NCBI RefSeq assembly: GCF_001194135.2
Contig: NC_068981.1
Location: 190,409,375 to 190,473,374 of the forward strand
Source of the DNA: Octopus bimaculoides
Lineage: Eukaryota
Direction: 5' to 3'
DNA length: 64,000 nt
This document shows, in pieces, positions 12,325 to 23,819 of this stretch. The number at the start of each line of letters is the position of its first letter. The first letter of the stretch is position 1. Both the position numbers and the translations under genes were made by a program. The notes below the pieces were generated by a model that saw nothing but the letters and a program-made list of their open reading frames with translations, was not told where the DNA came from and searched no databases.

Positions 12325-12563
12325 GGGGAAGGCCAGTTTATGGGATTACCTTAGCTTTTCCATTCATAAAGTGTTTAGCTTTATGGCGCATCGTCAGATC
12401 CCAAAAGCCTGTTGGCTTATGACCTCTTAAAAATATGGCATTTCCCCCTCCATATTTTTAAGAAGTCATGGGCAAACAGGTCTTTGGAATCTGACAATAT
12501 GCCACAAAGCTAAACCCTCTATGAATGGGAAACATCAGCTAATCCCATGAACCAGCCTTCCCC
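12325..12563. mobile_element. Foldback/MITE-like 239-bp palindrome
   Basis: Arms 12325-12438 and 12450-12563 are imperfect inverted repeats around an 11-nt loop (cttaaaaatatgg/ccatatttttaag at the centre). Confidence 0.8.
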
Positions 12564-12599
12564 ATTATTAATTTTTATTTTTATTTTATTTTTTTTATT

Positions 12600-12777
12600 T
12601 TGTGCGGGTGGCACATGAAATCCACCATTTTGAGCGTGGCCGTTGCCAGTACCGCCTGACTGGCCTTCGTGCGGGTGACACGTAAAAGCACCATCTGGTT
12701 TCACCAGTCCTCAGTCAAATCGTCCAACCCATGCTAGCATGGAAAGCGGACGTTAAACGACGACGACGACGACGACT
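12600..12777 (+). mobile_element. Family R copy with internal deletion
   Basis: Module sequence joined directly to cagtcctcagtcaaatcgtccaacccatgctagc...gttaaacgacgacgac. Confidence 0.8.
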
Positions 12778-12799
12778 GCTCTACATTTTAGAGTGTGCT

Positions 12800-13017
12800 T
12801 CTTCTTTTATTCTTTTATTCTTTGTTTTAGTCATTTGACTGTGGCCATGCTGAAGCACCGCCTTTAGTCGAACAAACTGACCCCAGTACTTATTCTTTGT
12901 TAGCCTAGTACTTATTCTATCGGTCTCTTTTGCCGAACCACTAAGTTACGGGGATGTGAACATACCAACATCGGTTGTCATGTGATGGTGGGGTGACAAA
13001 CACAGACACACAAGCAT

Positions 13018-13054
<37 letters not shown>

Positions 13055-13220
13055 CGACAGGCTTCTTTCAGTTTCCATCTACCAAATCCGCTCACAAGGT
13101 TTTGGTTGACCTGAGGCTATAGTAGAAAACACTTGCCCAAGGTGCCACGCAGTGGGACTGAACCCGCAATCATATGGTTGGTAAACAAGCTACTTACCAC
13201 ACAGCCTCTCCTGCGCCTAT
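12800..13220 (-). mobile_element. Family C SINE, near full length
   Basis: Same organisation as 7250-7680. Confidence 0.9.
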
Positions 13221-13779
13221 AGTAGTGGGTGCTTTTTACGTGCTACTGGCACAGTGGGCCAAAGGAGCTTGCATTGATCACAATCGGATGGTTTATGGGA
13301 CTACCTTTGCTTTTTACAGATGAGAGGTAGTTTACACTCATACATATACATATGTAAAAAAACTCTGTTATGTTTGCTACTACTACGTCTCCATCACTAC
13401 CATCCAGCTCCCATGGTTAATAACCATTCCTTAATTTCTACATTACTAAGAAACAAAAGAGAAATGCCATTATTAAAACAGTTACATAAATATTGTAACC
13501 CAGTAGCAAACAGAAGAAGACCAATGACCAGCACCATTTGAATTCTGTAAAAGAAACATGTAAAGTTCCTCAAAATTGATATCATGAAAAATTAATTGAA
13601 TTTATTTCAATTTATTTTCCCTTCTCAAGTGATATAACTAATTTACCTTCAACAATTGAAACCAGTCACATATTTTGAAGAATATGTAAATATTTTCTTT
13701 TTTTCATGATAAGTTCTTGAAAGAGTTTCTTTTTGTTCCTATGTGTATATGTATACATGTATCTATGTATGTATGTTAT

Positions 13780-14180
13780 CATTCAGGTTTATTATAAGAT
13801 TTCTTGCCAATACAGAAAGAGCCGGTTTCTAGAATAGATCCAAGGCTCCTTCATTGGAATTTCAACATGAACAACAGGGTATGTAATTCATTATTTAGTT
13901 TATTTTAAGATTTCTTACCAATAGAGAAAGAAACGGTTTCTAACCTAGATCCAAGGCTCCTTTATTGGAATTTCAACATCAACAACAGGGTATTTTGTAT
14001 GTATGTATGTATGCATGTATGTATGTTTTATGTATGTATTCTCATGCATATAGTTGCATATCTAGACATGGTCATATATATTTAAATGATAAACTTGTGG
14101 AAAGTTTTACAGATTTTTACAGTTCCAGTAATGGATTGGAGCTGTAGTCTTCAAATTAGCTTTCTTCTTTCTGGTTTTAA
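13780..14180 (+). repeat. Family X repeat
   Basis: Inverted homologue of 10820-11335. Confidence 0.75.
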
Positions 14181-14528
14181 GAAGCCTAATTTCTCAGGTT
14201 GGTATTTAAGCAGTGTGTTACATATCCCAGCGCCCCAATAAATACATTCATATCCATTGAAGCAACAAGTCGCATATTTGGTGCGGGAGACTATTTATCA
14301 AAAATATGATGAATACTATCTCGAACTTTTGAGCCACAACTATCAGCCTTGTTAAATAACTGGTTAATCCTAAGATGAATTACCTGAGGGAGCATTTTAT
14401 TCACGATCGTAATGATTTTCAACAGAAACTTGAATTTAGCATGCAGAGAGTTGCTACAAACAAAATTGCTGGACACAACATCAACAACAACACAATTGAA
14501 GAACAGAACAGGTTCAAAATTTCCCCAA

Positions 14529-14574
14529 GACACCTGATGAAGGCTGGAGGGTATATCAGCCGAAACATTGTGTT
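14529..14574 (+). ncRNA. Minimal type I hammerhead ribozyme motif (Penelope-like), in a unit spanning 14509-14631
   Basis: GACAC-CTGATGA-A-GGCTG(gagggtatat)CAGCC-GAAAC-ATT-GTGTT: stem I, core and stem II present; position 16.2 is A rather than G. Confidence 0.6.
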
Positions 14575-16429
14575 AACAACAAACAAGATGAGGACAAATA
14601 TCCGTCAAATGTAAATAATGTAAATAATGTATATATACATATATACATACACGCACATATATATGTACATACACACACATACAATAGCTTCACCTATCCC
14701 CCAGCTTCCGTCTACCAATTCCACTCACAAGGCTTTGGTCAGCCTTACCCAAGGTGCCACACATTGGAACTGAACCCAAAACCACACACCAGGGAAGCAA
14801 CCATTTTAACCACACAGCCACGTTTGTTCCTACCTTTCACAATATTTAGCTTCTCTTATTTTTAATTCCTAATATTTGTGAAAACACTTTATTTGCAGAT
14901 TACATAAAATCTGTATTTGTAGAAAGTTTACTTTCAACTTTGATAATAGAGCAGAAAATATTTCTCAACAACAATAAACTACCAGAAATCAGGATATCAA
15001 CTTGAGATATTCAATATGTCGTATCAGCAGTAAAACCACCTACAGAAGCTGGAAATATTTTCTTTCCAATTTAGAAAAGTTCAGCAGAATAAATATGATA
15101 TGATGATGGCAGGACTTGAGATCCATTTAAACCTGTAAAGTGTCTGTCCTATAATAAAATGGAAATTAATCTGAGCCATTATGATTTTATTTCCTGCTCA
15201 CGTTAAATGTTATTACACTTTGAAGAATATCATAAACTTTGATTGAAAACTAAATTATTTTACCCATTCAAGATGTAGATGTGTGTGTGTCTGTGTGTGT
15301 GTGCAGGTGTGTGTGAGTGTTTGCATAGAAATTTGTAAGTTTTCGTGTGTGTATGTGTTCATGTGTGTATGTGTGTGTGTGTGTGTGTAAGTGTTTGTGT
15401 GCGCATGTGGGATTTTTGTATTTGTGTGTGTGTGTGANNNNNNNNNNNNNNNNNNNNNNNNNNNNNNNNNNNNNNNNNNNNNNNNNNNNNNNNNNNNNNN
15501 NNNNNNNNNNNNNNNNNNNNNNNNNNNNNNNNNNNNNNNNNNNNNNNNNNNNNNNNNNNNNNNNNNNNNNNNNNNNNNNNNNNNNNNNNNNNNNNNNNNN
15601 NNNNNNNNNNNNNNNNNNNNNNNNNNNNNNNNNNNNNNNNNNNNNNNNNNNNNNNNNNNNNNNNNNNNNNNNNNNNNNNNNNNNNNNNNNNNNNNNNNNN
15701 NNNNNNNNNNNNNNNNNNNNNNNNNNNNNNNNNNNNNNNNNNNNNNNNNNNNNNNNNNNNNNNNNNNNNNNNNNNNNNNNNNNNNNNNNNNNNNNNNNNN
15801 NNNNNNNNNNNNNNNNNNNNNNNNNNNNNNNNNNNNNNNNNNNNNNNNNNNNNNNNNNGTGTGTGGTTGTGTGTTGGTGTATGCTTGTGCAGGTGGGTGT
15901 GCATGTGTGTTGCTGTGCATGCATGCGTGTATGTATGTAAGTGAATGTAAGTGTGTGCATATCTGTGTTCATGTCTCAGTGTCTATATCTGTATAAGTCG
16001 ATGCTGGCTTATGTGTGCGAATATGTATGTGTGTATCAGTATTTTTGTGTATATGTTTATATATATATGTGGGTATATGCATGTGAACATGCATGCACGC
16101 ATATGTATGGTGACATCATCATCATTATCATCATCATCATTATCATCATCATCATCATCATCGTTTAACGTCCACTTTCCATGCTGGCATGAGTTGGATG
16201 GTTTAACAGGGGACTGCACCAGGCTCCGATCTGATCTGGCAAGTTGATTTTTATACCCATAATCCTTAGATGCACGTGCATTTCGGTTTTAATGACAATT
16301 GCTTGTAGCTGCTTCTCACAGCTTTCAACGCAGCTGCATTTTGGCATCTCGTTTCGGCAAAAGTTGAAAGGTTACCTGCAATTTGGGTCTCTGCCATAAA
16401 CCAGCATGTCTTGGAATATTTACACTTAC

Positions 16430-16453
16430 ATCCCCGAAATAAGTTTTCAGAAT
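16430..16453 (-). CDS. Candidate 24-nt micro-exon (ILKTYFGD or xSENLFRG)
   Basis: ttttttatatggtAG acceptor and GAT|GTAAGT donor in non-repetitive sequence; no homology recognised. Confidence 0.15.
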
Positions 16454-16522
16454 CTACCATATAAAAAAATGACATTTGAAAAAATTGCTTTTCTTTTGCA
16501 GTTCATTGTATATAAGCATATA

Positions 16523-16815
16523 TCATCATCATCATCATCATCGTTTAACGTCCATTTTCCATGCTAGCATGGGTTGGACGGTTTGACTGTGGACTGGCGA
16601 GCCAGAAGGTTGCACCAGGTTTCAATCTGATCTGAAATGTTTCTACAGTTGGATGCCCTTCCTAACGCCAACCACTCTCAGATTGTAGTGGGTGTTTTTT
16701 ATGTGCCACCGGAATGAGGGCCAGTCAGGCGGCACTGGCAATGACCATGCTCGAATGGTATTTTTTTACATGCCACCTGCACAGGTGCCAGTCAGGCGGC
16801 ACTGGCATCATCGAC
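16523..16815 (-). mobile_element. Family R element
   Basis: Tail, signature and two internal modules. Confidence 0.85.
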
Positions 16816-17449
16816 AGCTACAATTTCTGTATATAAGTTTGCATGTGTATATGTGCATGTGTATGTGTGTGTGTTGTTGTGTTTGTGTGTCATTACCTTT
16901 GTATATATGTATGTGTGTGTATATTTGTGTGCAGAGCAAACAATATGTCTCTCTTCCAACTTTTAAAGTAAATAGGGTCTCAGAAAACTGTGATTCATTT
17001 ATTCTTTACCGTTTCTTTTATGGAACTCAGTCACTGGAAAGTGATCATACTGGAGCACTACCTTTGTTGAAGAGAAAAACCAAATCTCCTGATAAAGATT
17101 ACTGCTAGTGATCATCATCATCATCATCATTATCATCATCATCATCAATTTATGTCCGCTTTTCCATGTCTGCATGGGTCGGATGGAATTCATTGTGGCA
17201 GACTTTCTACAGCTGGATCCTTTCCCTGTCATCAATCCTCACCTGTTTCCAAATACCCTCGAGTAGGAAGCAAGCTTTCTGAATCCCGCACACAGCTTTA
17301 CCATTGCAGATATCCCTAGCATTTTTGTCTTTAATCGATTTATTCATCTACTTCTTTCTGACCCCTTAATGCTGGCCCTTTATACTAGTTCATCTGGCAG
17401 TACACTCCCTCATTACTGCTAGTGATCATCGTCACTAGCAGTAAATTCT

Positions 17450-18250
17450 TCGCAAAATTCTTCCATTTCAGAAGAAGCAAGATCCTCAACCATTCCAGTT
17501 TAGACATTTCTTTTCTCTTCCTGAGTAATGCCTATGGAACCATCATCGTTGCGAACTGGAAGAAAGAAGTTGGTAGAAATACTTGGCAGGGAACCAAAAG
17601 ATTAGTTACAGTTTGGAAGATGAGATACCTTGTGGATTAAGATTACGTGATGCATAGATGCAGCTTTTACAAGATTTTCAGTGTTGGGTAAAAGAATCCA
17701 GTTTGTAGACGGGGTTGATTTTCTCAAAGAGCTGCAAACTTTATTCTTTGCCCAGACTGTTGCAGCCCAGCCATAAAGGAATCACTTGGAAGACACAGAA
17801 TCATAAAGTTTAGCTGTGTATGTGATATAGAGATACATGCCTAAGAGGATGATTTTCAGTCACTTAGTAAGTCATTGGTAGAGTATAAGCTACTAAAAGA
17901 CCATTAATGTAGTACTTTGGTATTTTGACCATGTTCCACGTCTTACAACAAACAATAAGACCAAATCACTTTAAAAGTTGAATTAATGTGAAACCATTTC
18001 TTAAAAGAATTTTCTGATTTCCTAAACTTACCATTAATTCTGATCTCTTAAGAGAATGTCAATTTGACAGAAATGGCAGTCGATCGGATTTAGTGTCTAT
18101 AATCTTTAATTAGATCTCTTTTTAAAGGCCTTCCACTTTCCACTTTTCCATTAAGGGCTTTCAACATTTTACAAAGAACTTTCTGTCTTGTCTTAATGCA
18201 TTTATTGTGACATAAAGGCTCTTACCAAAGTAATTTTAATGAAGCAATAA
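17450..18250 (-). mobile_element. Decayed LINE ORF2 remnant (RTE-like)
   Basis: Fragmented minus-strand translation includes VSLY...LWLGC...LQLF segments resembling the RTE region KISLY...LLYGCEAW...L..F; many stops. Confidence 0.35.
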
Positions 18251-18531
18251 CTTATTTAAATATGACCAGATAAAAGTTGTTGTTGTTGTTGTTGTTTAGC
18301 CACAGGTCAGTCCTGTTCAAGCAGATCTATGATATCAGACACACAAACATCTAAACTTGTTTATCAAATTCTATACAGTTCTATACCCTTTTCTGCTCTA
18401 GGCCCAAAATTTTAGGGGTGGGGGTCAGTCGATTAGATCAACCCCAGTATGCAATAGGTACTTAATTCATTGACCCTGAAAGGATGAAAGACAAAGTCAA
18501 CCTCAGTTCTATATAATCAACATTATCATGC

Positions 18532-18571
<40 letters not shown>

Positions 18572-19032
18572 TGTCATTTTCATCACCAGCAGCGGTGACA
18601 GCATCAGTATCATCGTCATCATCATTATTGCTTTAGTGGAAAAGTATACATTTCAGAGAGAATCTGTCATAGTGTATTGTTTAAGGCCAGATGCACGTCC
18701 AGTAACCAACCACTCTTACCTGTTCCCAATCAAGGTAAATGCTTCCCCATGAGTGGACATGTCTTCATACAAGACTGAAAGCAATGGACACGGCTTCTAT
18801 TTACTGTGTGATGTCAACATAACAAACACACACATACACNNNNNNNNNNNNNNNNNNNNNNNNNNNNNNNNNNNNNNNNNNNNNNNNNNNNNNNNNNNNN
18901 NNNNNNNNNNNNNNNNNNNNNNNNNNNNNNNNNNNNNNNNNNNNNNNNNNNNNNNNNNNNNNNNNNNNNNGACACGGCTTCTATTTACTGTGTGATGTCA
19001 ACATAACAAACACACACATACACACACAGACA

Positions 19033-19346
19033 CAGTGGCAGATTTGCCAGGTTGCCAGCTTGCCCGATGGCAAGTGGGCCCCTGCACCATTAGAATCCAT
19101 ACCTGGGGCCCATGTTAGTATCTAAGGGGCCCAACCCCTCAATTTTGAGAATTTTTTATTCACTCCTGAAAGAATGCATTAATTATTTCAGCCTGGCTGT
19201 GTTTGTAGACAGATGAAAAGAATACTTTTAACAAAAACAAAACAAATTAAATGATAGCAATGTAGTTGCAGGTGGGCCCCTTGTAGTAGTGGATGGGCCC
19301 CCTTAGCCTCCTAGCAACCAGTATTTTTAGACTCAGTCTGCCACTG
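19033..19346. mobile_element. hAT-like MITE (314 bp)
   Basis: Termini CAGTGGCAGA...TCTGCCACTG and multiple subterminal GGGCCC motifs; no clear 8-bp TSD. Confidence 0.65.
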
Positions 19347-19384
19347 CATTCACACACACACATTAAACTTTTACAAAGATGAGA

Positions 19385-19885
19385 TAGTGACTACAGAGTT
19401 TCAGCCTGTTAGCCTTCATCAGGCTGTACTAGTACTACACTTAGGTTCCTTCTAGGTTTATATAGTGCTTGGCAAGTTAGTTTTCTTGGGTAGGTGCAGC
19501 TATGTGAATTGATGATTAGATTTGGTGTGCATAGGTGTGGGAAATAGACATATTGGGGTTAGAAGAGGATAAGAGGAAAATATGTTTGTAGGGGATGATA
19601 GTGTTTTTGATTAAAGACTTCGTTTGGCTTCAATTTGGGATTGTGTTATTCAATTAGATGTGGAAATAATTTTGCATTCATATTTGCCCGATTTAAATGC
19701 ATTGCAATCAGGTCATGAGAATCTTTATACAGAATGTTGGATTTTGTTTGTGTTTTAGGGAAAGAATGTTTGTGAACCTTAAAACACAAGGGGCAAGTTT
19801 TAACATAGGTTTGTATTAGTTTAATGCTTAAAAGACTGGAAAGAGCCTTCACATTTCAGGCATTAGTCCTTCCTCAGGACGAAGA
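19385..19885 (-). mobile_element. Penelope-like element remnant (GIY-YIG C-terminus) with two hammerhead-like cores
   Basis: Minus strand reads HKHSFPKTQTKSNILYKDSHDLI...LIE*HNPKL; cores CTGAGGA..GAAA (19877-19854) and CTGATGA..GAAAC (19422-19398). Confidence 0.55.
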
Positions 19886-20241
19886 TAGACAATAAAAATA
19901 AAAGAGAGTGAATGTGATACAGAGGCAGGAATATATACATATATATATTACACACACACGCACACACACACACACACACATACACACACTGGGCTTCTTT
20001 CAGTTGCCATTCATTAACCATTATCATATTTTAGATTTAACTAACGTTTTTATATTTCAAATTTTACTAGGATAATTATTTACAAATCAAGGACTGAAAT
20101 GATCATTTCTAAAATTACAACAAAATTTTTTTTTTTTTTTCCATTTATCATTTCAAAATTAGGATCAGCTAAAATTCACTGATATATTTAAATTAGAAAT
20201 CAGAGAATATTTGTCAGGTAATATTTCATTTATTTATTTAG

Positions 20242-20310
<69 letters not shown>

Positions 20311-21689
20311 CATATACACACATACTATGAACACACACATATATATAAGTTTGTAATCATCGACTACTTTCCATTTTCTCTGTATACCATCTTTTATTAT
20401 CCAATAATTGCAGGAACTAACTAAATTATAAAAGAAAACACTTAGAGAAATCAAACATTTTACAGATGAACAGTTCAAATTTACTTATATTTTTTTTAAA
20501 TCATTTACTTTCATTTGCTTTTTGAATCGAAACAAAAATTAAGAAAAACATAAAATAATAAAATAAAGCTTCCTTTTAACATTAAAACACAATTGCACTT
20601 TATTATTTTGCAAATATTATTTAAGCAACCATTATTTTTCCCCAAAAATATTAAAAGTAATCAAAAAAATAAAATTAAGATAGTCGACGCTTATAAACAA
20701 GAGAAAGCAAACAACTTTAAAAACAAAAACAAAAAAAAATAATAAAAAATATCAAACGAACAAAATTTTCCAAAATTAAGATACAAATGTTTCTTTCTAA
20801 CAATATTTTTATTCTCTTTATATTGACCGAAAGTATGAAAGTAATTGATTTCTTTGTAATGTTTTTTCCTATATGCGACCTTATGAAAAGTGCATTAAAT
20901 TTGGACATATTGATAAATATAGCAATAACCAGAAAAAAGTATTTACTGTTTCATCTATAATATCATCATTAAAATAATTACCCCTTAATACACACAAACA
21001 CACACACACGACACTAAACTCTGCTTGTGGCAAGTGAATTTGAATTTGAAATCGAAATCAAACCAAATTCGACGACTGACACCCATGCCGACCTCTCCTT
21101 CATTGGACACTAAACTCTGCTTGCGAAGACCTGTTGGGGCAAGTGAAATCGAAATCGCAATTGAACCATATTCGATGACTGGCACCTGCACCAGTGTACA
21201 TTTTATGTAGTGTTCTCACTACATGAATAAATGAAGTTTGTACGAAACGGACGTACTGCTATAACCTATTGAATTTTTGTTGCTTTTCTTCAAATTTTAT
21301 TCACCAAATCTCTTGATTTTGTCTTTGGTTTCTACCCTACCAAATTCTGGTGCCTCAAACATTTTAAGTACCACATTTAATCTTTTGATTAAATCTATAT
21401 TATTATTACATATAAAGATATATAGAGTGGCTGTGAGGCATAGGTTGGCTGTGTGGCAAGAAGTTTGCATTCCGACCACATGATTTCAGGTTCAGTCCCA
21501 TTGCATGGTACCGTAGGCAAGTACCTTGTATTAAAGCCCTGGGGTGAAGGTATGCGATTTAGTGTCTAGGGTATTTGGTTCATGTTTGTGAGATTGTGAT
21601 TTCAATTCCTGGTGGCATATATATATATATATATATCTGTATATATGTATAATGTAATAAAATGTTATAGTTTGTTTCAAAGCATTGTA

Positions 21690-21985
21690 TATGATGTAAA
21701 AAGCACCATTTAAGTATGGCCGTTGCCAGTACCGCCTGAATGGCTCCTGTGCTGGTGGCAAGTAAAATACACCATTCGAGCATGGTCATTGCCAGTGCCA
21801 CCTGACCAGTGCCACACTCTCAGAATGGTTGGCATTAGGAAGGGCATCCAACTGTGGAAACATTGCCAGATCAGATTGGAACTTGGTACAGCCTTCAGTC
21901 AAACCATCCAACCCATGCTAGCATGGAAGGCAGATGTTAAACGATGATGGTGATAGTGATGATGATGATGAAGATGATGATGAAA
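21690..21985 (+). mobile_element. Family R element
   Basis: Modules, signature and (gat)n tail. Confidence 0.8.
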
Positions 21986-22049
21986 GAGATAGAAGGCTAA
22001 ACAATGCAAAATGGACTGTAAGATGAGGTAACAAAAATTAAAAGTAAGT

Positions 22050-22155
22050 TACCTGTTAATCTTTGTTTTGTTTTTTGTTCTTTTATTGTTGTCATTGTTG
22101 GTCTTTCATGTGTCCATTATTTCAGGACTTAAAAATCCTTTCATCAGGGTTGAAG
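22050..22155 (-). mobile_element. Penelope-like terminal fragment with hammerhead-like core
   Basis: Minus strand: caacc-CTGATGA-A-AGGATT(ttta)AGTCCT-GAAA-taatggacac, then an A/C-rich tail like the other units. Confidence 0.45.
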
Positions 22156-22257
22156 GGACTTTTGTTGGATAAATTTTGATTTAGATTTAACTTTTTTCCC
22201 AAGCGTTTTTGATGGTTATTTCACTTTCCCGGTGAATGACATCAATTGCTAATATAT

Positions 22258-22410
22258 CATCATCATCATCATCGTTTAACGTCCGCTTTCCATGCTGGCA
22301 TGGGTTGGACGGTTTGACTGAGGACTGACAAGCCAGAAGGCTGCACCAGGCTCCAATCTGATCCAGCAAAGTTTCTACAGCTGGATGCTCTTCCTAACGC
22401 CAACCACTCC
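22258..22410 (-). mobile_element. Family R 3' end
   Basis: Tail and signature. Confidence 0.85.
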
Positions 22411-22592
22411 AACAGTTAGTATCAGAGTGGAATCAAAGAACTGGCAGAAACATGGCTTCAGACAGTGGCTTCTACTTTGAATGCAAAGATGCTTTTGTTG
22501 TAACTTGACCAATAAAACAAATAAGTTACCAGAATATCGAAAAACCTTTGACTCAACACAATTCTATTATATAGAAATTATCATTTTTCTTC

Positions 22593-22624
<32 letters not shown>

Positions 22625-23819
22625 CTTCTTCTTCTTCTTCTTCTTCTTCTTCTTCTCCTCCTCCTCCTTCAACTTCTTTTTTCTTCTTCTTCATCATCAT
22701 CATCATCATCATCATTCTTCTTCTTCTTATTATTATTATTTCTTTGATCAAATCATTCTTGATAATTATTGTCTTTCAAGATGATTATTGTCTTTCAATG
22801 ACCTAGTCTGAAAATTAATCTTATCTCTAAGCTGGGTTTGAACACAAAATCCAATTTAGGAATACTTTTATTATCATGATAGAATAATAAAATACAGTGT
22901 CACAAAAAAAAAGAACGAACAACAAGAAGGATTAGGTGAAGAACCAAGGAATTATAAGTTATTTTAAGGTAAATTCTATGGAACTGGAATTATCAATAGG
23001 CAGAAAGAATATTCATTGGCTTCTTTTTTTCAGTTCATGTAAAGGGCAAAGTGTATGTTTGAAGTCAAAAATTTAATGTTCATTCTTTCATATAAATTAA
23101 TCCAACGAATAATATTGCAACAATCGTCAGATATTAAATTTTCTTGCATGCAATAACATTGTTGAAATGTAAAGAATCCTTAGAACTCGTTCAAGCTATC
23201 AATTTTGTCATTTTATTCCTGTAAGAATGTAGTCTTGAAGTATCAATAATTAATAACAATAGGCACTAAAGGTTTAAGATTCAGTTTTATATCCAAAATA
23301 TAGGTTATTCCTCAAATAATAGCTGCCATTTTATAATTCTTAAATAGACCCTTCGACTTCATATTCCATATCTCAATATTACCATTCACAAGACGTAGAA
23401 TTATATTCAGAGAATACTTTTTTGGCTGGAAATTACTCTTTAAGAAAACCTGAACAGTCTTGCATCAAAAATGGTGTTTCTACGTGGTTGTTGATTCTAC
23501 TAGAAATGATAGCCAAATCCTTCTCAAGTCACATATCTCATAATATCTCTTTCTATATACAAAATATATGTTATTCTACAAATAGTAAATACCATTCTAT
23601 AATTCTTAAGTAGACCTTTGGACTTTTTATGTTGTACCTCAAAATGATGCCAGTCTATCCATTCACAAGACCTAGAATTATATTCAGAGAATATTCCTTT
23701 TATTTCGTTTTTGGATTTGGTTTGCAAGATTTTTTATCTGATTTCGTGTTGAAGCATATTCTGTTATGTCTGGGGAGAGTCATTTTCTTATTGTGCCTTA
23801 AAATGTAACACACTCACCG

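Noticed and set aside
13480-13542. Minus-strand NSNGAGHWSSSVC, resembling a GPS/GAIN motif, after a good acceptor
   Set aside because: It lacks the WSxxGC glycine and the CxCxHLT half, the frame stops after 20 codons, and there is no convincing donor.
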